Of a stretch of DNA of 54,091 bases, positions 50,033-54,091 are shown piece by piece; within the stretch, counting starts at the first letter, position 1, and every line of letters starts with the position of its first letter. Origin of the DNA: a virus. Under the pieces are notes generated by a model. The model did no database searches and was not told where the DNA came from. It saw only the letters and a list, made by a program, of their open reading frames with translations. Location: the IMG/VR virus record IMGVR_UViG_3300039008_000121, positions 1 through 54,091 of that record, one strand, 5' to 3'. Made by a program: the position numbers and the translations under genes.

Positions 50033-52610
50033 TCTAAAAGGGATCCAAAATAATGCACCTCTCGATCAGATCGAAGATGGAGCAAGCAATGAGATTATCA
50101 ATCTCCGACATAAGAATGGAGCGTGGAGACCAGTAGGGAAGAAGAAGGAACTATTTGCGCTTACCAAGAATTACGAAGATATTTTCGTCCATCAAACTCC
50201 ATCAGGACAAAAGAACTATATTGGTAAAGTTGGAATCGATCTTTTTCGATTCAAAGAAAATGGATCTACAACATTGCTCTATACACTTCCTTCCGATTAT
50301 GTAGGAATGAAGCATATAGGTAACATCTTATTGGTGATTCACAAAGAAGGCATTGCAAAAATCCTTTACTCTCCTGATACCGATTCTTATGGTGAACCGC
50401 TTGAACGATTCCCTAATCATCCAAGATATGAGGTTACAACAGAATATTGGAAACAGCAGGAAGAAGCAATAGAGGTTGAGAGGGAAGTGTCAGATCAAGA
50501 AATTATTGAGGATCATATGAAAACTCATGTTCCAGGCAACTACTATGCAAAGTTAGCTGATCTGAAAGATGACAAGTATTATGAAGGATATTGCGCTGTA
50601 AGGTTTGCGTATCGTTTGTATGATGAAACTTTAGTGGTTCCCACCATACCTAAACTCAGGTTTATTGGCAACAAACTAGATATTTCACACTACTTCTCAA
50701 ATTATGGCGCAGATAAGTACATCATTAAATTCGACAAGATAACAGTTGGAAATATTAAGTATGAAATCGGCACATTACCTAACGAACTTAATAACTGGAA
50801 GGATATCATTAAATCAATTTGCATATTTATAACTCGACCAGTCAGCTATTACGATTTTAGCGATATCGATATCGACTTTAATAATCGAGCAAATGATTTA
50901 ACATGGACTGACAACGACGATAAAGAATTTTTGAAGGATTACAAGAGAGATATCACAAAAGAAGATCTAATTTCTAAGAATCCTTACTATCTGGTTGACG
51001 AGATCGATATTGAAAAAGCAAGTAACCATTCGGATGGGATCTACATAGAGCATAACATCGAATCTAACGAAACACTTCCTGTAAATTCAACACACCACAC
51101 TACTATAGGAAATTCATCATTAGTCTATAATTCAAGGCTAATGGTAGGCGACACGCAATCAATTTTATTCGAAGGGTTCAACATGTCTCATTTTCTCTCT
51201 AAGAGAGATACGTTAAATAACATAACCATCTATGTTGAAACAGAACTATCAGATGTAAATGGCGATTATTTAGTTCGAAGCGAAGTGTCAGGAAATTTCA
51301 ATCACACGCAATTTGAGTTTGAAGATATAATCGGATATCCAGACTCACGAGCAAAGCGAATGAGATTGATGTATAAAGACACATCCGGCATTATTCGAAA
51401 AATAAGAGATCTTTCCGCACTTAAAAACGGAAATTTTAACTTCTCTTGCACACTTCCCAATTCAATTGAGTTAGACACTGCAATCACAGTAAAATTATTA
51501 GGCGATAACAATAGAAATATCACCATAACAACCTATTTGGGTGTTCATAGCCATGCAAATCAAAATGGCTCTATTAGCTTACGATCAGTAAAAAACAAAA
51601 CAACAAACACACAAATCATTCGCGTTTCAGAATTAAACAATCCCTTCATATTTCCAGCAACTCAAACCTACACAATCGGTAGCGATAAAGTCCTGACAAT
51701 GGCAGTCAACACCCTTCCAATTTCACAAGGTCAATTTGGTGAGCATCCGGTTATTGTGCTTTGTACTGATGGAATCTATGTATTATCCCAAGGAAATAGT
51801 GAGGTGTTATTTGCTGCAGTTCATCCAGTCAATAGAGATGTATGTAACAATCCTGACAATGTGATCGGTTTAGAGTATGGGATTCTCTACAGTACTAAAG
51901 ATGGATTGAATATATTGAACGGAACTGAATCAACTCTGATCAATGAAGTTCTCAATGGAGATCAACACAATTTTTTAGCAGGAGATCCAAACTATGAATT
52001 ATTCACGGATCATGAAATTTTATATAACCTTCTATATGTTCTGAATGAATCAGTAGATTTCACAACTTATCTGCTAGGCGCAAAGGTTGGGTACAATCAA
52101 AATAAGGACGAAAAAGAGCTGATAATATCTAACACAAATTACAATTACTCATTTGTCTACTCTATGAAGTCAGGCCAATTTCATAAGATTTTGGAGGTTT
52201 TCGACTATTTTGTGAACGATTACCCCGATATGCTTGGCATATTTGAGAACAATCTGTACATTTTATCGAAAGAAACAAAGGAGAACGTCTCAATTCACGT
52301 TCACACCCAACCAATCAAGATAATTGGCAGAAATTTTAAGACAATCACAAGGGCAAGCTTGAAGGCTCACATAAAATGCATAGACATTGCACACAAATGC
52401 GGACTATATGTGTACATATCTAACGACCTAATTAATTGGGAGTTAATCGAGGGTGTTCAGCCAAGTGTACTATACAATCACATTTTACAGCGCATTTCCT
52501 GTTCATCATTGTACATTTGTGTACACTTTGGAGCGATTTGTACACCTGATTCCTATATTAATAGTATTGATCTATCTTATAAGGTTAAGTATGCCAATAA
52601 ATTAAGATAG
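50013..52610 (+). CDS. Large orphan protein, 865 aa (possibly a tail/nozzle structural protein)
   Basis: Long ORF with no motif recognised. The structural role is a guess from its size and from the absence of other tail-hub candidates. Confidence 0.6.
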   Translation: METARIDLKGIQNNAPLDQIEDGASNEIINLRHKNGAWRPVGKKKELFALTKNYEDIFVHQTPSGQKNYIGKVGIDLFRFKENGSTTLLYTLPSDYVGMKHIGNILLVIHKEGIAKILYSPDTDSYGEPLERFPNHPRYEVTTEYWKQQEEAIEVEREVSDQEIIEDHMKTHVPGNYYAKLADLKDDKYYEGYCAVRFAYRLYDETLVVPTIPKLRFIGNKLDISHYFSNYGADKYIIKFDKITVGNIKYEIGTLPNELNNWKDIIKSICIFITRPVSYYDFSDIDIDFNNRANDLTWTDNDDKEFLKDYKRDITKEDLISKNPYYLVDEIDIEKASNHSDGIYIEHNIESNETLPVNSTHHTTIGNSSLVYNSRLMVGDTQSILFEGFNMSHFLSKRDTLNNITIYVETELSDVNGDYLVRSEVSGNFNHTQFEFEDIIGYPDSRAKRMRLMYKDTSGIIRKIRDLSALKNGNFNFSCTLPNSIELDTAITVKLLGDNNRNITITTYLGVHSHANQNGSISLRSVKNKTTNTQIIRVSELNNPFIFPATQTYTIGSDKVLTMAVNTLPISQGQFGEHPVIVLCTDGIYVLSQGNSEVLFAAVHPVNRDVCNNPDNVIGLEYGILYSTKDGLNILNGTESTLINEVLNGDQHNFLAGDPNYELFTDHEILYNLLYVLNESVDFTTYLLGAKVGYNQNKDEKELIISNTNYNYSFVYSMKSGQFHKILEVFDYFVNDYPDMLGIFENNLYILSKETKENVSIHVHTQPIKIIGRNFKTITRASLKAHIKCIDIAHKCGLYVYISNDLINWELIEGVQPSVLYNHILQRISCSSLYICVHFGAICTPDSYINSIDLSYKVKYANKLR

Positions 52611-52652
52611 TGTTCATCATTAGTGTACATGTGTACACTCATTGTACATTGA

Positions 52653-52683
52653 AAGACTCATAGGTGTGAGTCTTTCTTATTTT
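52653..52683 (+). terminator. Rho-independent terminator at the convergent junction with int
   Basis: AAGACTCA-TAGGTG-TGAGTCTT followed by TCTTATTTT. Confidence 0.7.
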
Positions 52684-53881
52684 ACTTCGAATCCTGATTT
52701 AAGTAATCAATTACCTTCCTATTCGCCTGATCAACCTTCTTTAAATCGAAATTGATATAGATATCAGTTGTTGTATTTCCTCCATGGCCCAAACCTGCTG
52801 CGATAATTTCCTTTGGAATATCCAACTCACTAGCAATTGTAGCCCAGGAGTGACGAGCATGATACATTGTCAATCTATCTATTTTCAAATCATCACCGAT
52901 AGTTTTCAGATGGTGATTCAATTGCTGATTGTAAATTCTACTGTTTTTATACCGTTCTGGATATACAAGTAAATGTTCTTTACCTGCATACTTCTTCATG
53001 ATCTTTTTGGCTTCCTTGTAAATTAAAATAGAATAAGGCTTATCTGTCTTATCTCTATTATAATACATTCGATCACCCATGATTGAAGTGTAATCAATAT
53101 GATATACATCTGAGTTGTTCATTCCAATCAAATAAAATGAAAGCATGAACGCATCGCGAACCAATTCAACTGCATAGTTATCAGTTTTATAATCTCGAAT
53201 TGCTCTGATCAGCTCAACAGTCAGGTTCTTTTTTCTTGGATTTGTTTTAGGGAATTCATATTTCCGGAAAGGATATAATTCTTGCCCGACAATCTCATCA
53301 ACATCGATAGCACGATTGAACACAGCTCTGATATTTCTAAGATCCATCGATACAGTTGTTGGTTGCCGGCCATTAATAAGTAATTTCCTTTCAAAACTTT
53401 TCAGCCATTTCTTATTGACATCCTCAAAATACAGAACTTCACCAGAAACAAATTCATTTACTTTCAGGAGAGTACTATTATATATGTTCTTCGTATTTTC
53501 ATTAGTAATCTCACCGACATATTTCTCAAAGTAATTGGTAAAAGAATCATCCGAAAAGCTTTCGTTACCTTCCTTCTCGACTAGTTTCTTGATCTGATCA
53601 GAAGTATATCTATCAATTCTATTCTTCTGATCAAGTTCTTCAATAACCTTCTCAGCTTTATTCAGCAATTCCAGAATATTTGTATTAGCTCTCCTGGTAT
53701 TATCAATGAACTCACTTCCTTTTAAGATTATTCCTGCATCCTGATTAAAATACTTTGATTCGATGCTATAAGGTGTTTTCACATAAACCACTTTTCTCTT
53801 ATGAGAGATAATTAGTTTAATCGGATATGTACCATCCTTCTTTTTACGACGGAGATCCTGAATTAATTTTACTGTTGCCAT
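52682..53881 (-). CDS. int: Tyrosine integrase with an N-terminal arm-type DNA-binding domain (start moved to MATVKLIQ)
   Basis: The C-terminal catalytic region is HARHSWAT...GLGHGG..TTDIY (HxxR, H, Y). The N-terminus is MATVKLIQDLRRKKKDGTYPIKLIISHKRK. The track's 27-aa N-terminal extension covers the TTGCAAA repeats. Confidence 0.85.
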   Translation of the reverse strand: MATVKLIQDLRRKKKDGTYPIKLIISHKRKVVYVKTPYSIESKYFNQDAGIILKGSEFIDNTRRANTNILELLNKAEKVIEELDQKNRIDRYTSDQIKKLVEKEGNESFSDDSFTNYFEKYVGEITNENTKNIYNSTLLKVNEFVSGEVLYFEDVNKKWLKSFERKLLINGRQPTTVSMDLRNIRAVFNRAIDVDEIVGQELYPFRKYEFPKTNPRKKNLTVELIRAIRDYKTDNYAVELVRDAFMLSFYLIGMNNSDVYHIDYTSIMGDRMYYNRDKTDKPYSILIYKEAKKIMKKYAGKEHLLVYPERYKNSRIYNQQLNHHLKTIGDDLKIDRLTMYHARHSWATIASELDIPKEIIAAGLGHGGNTTTDIYINFDLKKVDQANRKVIDYLNQDSK

Positions 53882-53897
53882 TGTCTTTTTTATGAAT

Positions 53898-53929
53898 TTG
53901 CAAACACTTTTTTGCAAACATTTTGCAAA
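53898..53929. promoter_or_regulatory. Three TTGCAAAC repeats: candidate arm-type sites (other attP arm), possibly overlapping the int promoter
   Basis: TTGCAAA at 53898-53904, 53912-53918 and 53923-53929, spaced 14 and 11 bp, immediately upstream of the integrase start at 53881. Confidence 0.5.
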
Positions 53930-53950
53930 CTTTTCCCATTGGAAAGATAC

Positions 53951-54091
53951 AAAACCGTCCAAAAACGACCAAACAAAAGCAAAATACAGGTATTAAAAAA
54001 GGGTTTCAGAACTTCTGAAACCCTTAGTATTAATGCGGAAAGGAAGGGATTCGAACCCCCGAAACGCTTTTGGCGTTTACTCGCTTTCCAG
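53951..54091. repeat. Terminal direct repeat, copy 2 (identical to 1..141)
   Basis: Same 141 nt as the window start. It contains the tRNA fragment and the hairpin. Confidence 0.95.

Larger units (their letters stand above)
1..54091. mobile_element. Temperate tailed-phage genome (about 53,950 bp unique), circular permutation opened at attP
   Basis: Carries integrase, CI-type repressor, Xis-like protein, TerL, portal, capsid, fibre and lysis genes. The terminal 141 nt are identical at both ends. There are no obvious host housekeeping genes. Confidence 0.8.

Noticed and set aside
53882-53962. A 27-aa N-terminal extension of the integrase in the ORF track (MDGFVSFQWEKFAKCLQKSVCKFIKKT)
   Set aside because: The extension is encoded by the TTGCAAA repeat array and runs into the terminal repeat. 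The canonical arm-binding N-terminus MATVKLIQ starts at the internal Met at 53881.
1-54091. A diversity-generating retroelement, retron or CRISPR-Cas system
   Set aside because: No reverse-transcriptase-like ORF (no YxDD-containing candidate), no template/variable repeat pair, and no cas genes were seen in any frame of the ORF track.

Overview
The window is one temperate tailed-phage genome, apparently complete. The first 141 nt (1..141) are identical to the last 141 nt (53951..54091), so the unique length is about 53,950 bp. The sequence is most simply read as a circularly closed contig opened at attP. Host signals point to Bacteroidota: TAnnTTTG-type -7 promoter boxes, A-rich leaders without Shine-Dalgarno sequences, an integrase with a Bacteroidota-style N-terminal arm-binding region, and a tRNA-Ser 3' fragment as the att core.

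Gene order from left to right:
- attP, with the tRNA-Ser(GGA) 3' part flanked by six TTGCAAA arm-type repeats.
- A minus-strand lysogeny operon: an S24/LexA-like CI repressor followed by very AT-rich membrane and lipoprotein genes.
- A long plus-strand early operon (2712..18088). It encodes small HTH proteins, an Xis-like protein, a PD-(D/E)XK exonuclease, two tRNA-like genes, an LRR-repeat protein, YopX, SSB, a DnaQ-like exonuclease, a replication organiser, a DnaC-like loader, NinG, a C5-cytosine MTase, a Dam-like N6A MTase and an MmcB-like nuclease.
- A minus-strand late operon (29152..18085): scaffold, major capsid, connector proteins, an S74-chaperone fibre, holin, GH108 endolysin and a spanin-like lipoprotein.
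- A plus-strand packaging operon (small HTH protein, TerL, and a small cassette with a DEDDh exonuclease).
- A minus-strand operon with the portal, a 3,924-aa multi-enzyme 'polyvalent' protein and two glycine-rich internal-protein candidates.
- A plus-strand pair (an HTH protein and an 865-aa orphan), then the tyrosine integrase.

No tape-measure, tube or sheath genes are visible, so a podovirus-like virion is inferred.

The most unusual content:
- the 11.8-kb polyvalent gene, which carries pyrophosphatase-like, SF2 helicase, N6A-MTase and HExxH modules plus a membrane-active C-terminus;
- an aberrant 116-nt tRNA-like gene next to a candidate structured RNA;
- several families of conserved intergenic elements: two hairpin families with compensatory changes, a dual-palindrome operator shared by two divergent promoters, heptad repeats, and a TGTACA cluster;
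- a chain of overlapping 5-codon mini-ORFs;
- a fibre protein with a Sec signal peptide and a membrane-anchored C-terminal chaperone;
- a Rex-like lysogen-expressed membrane cassette.

All functional calls rest on motifs read by eye. No database search was run.
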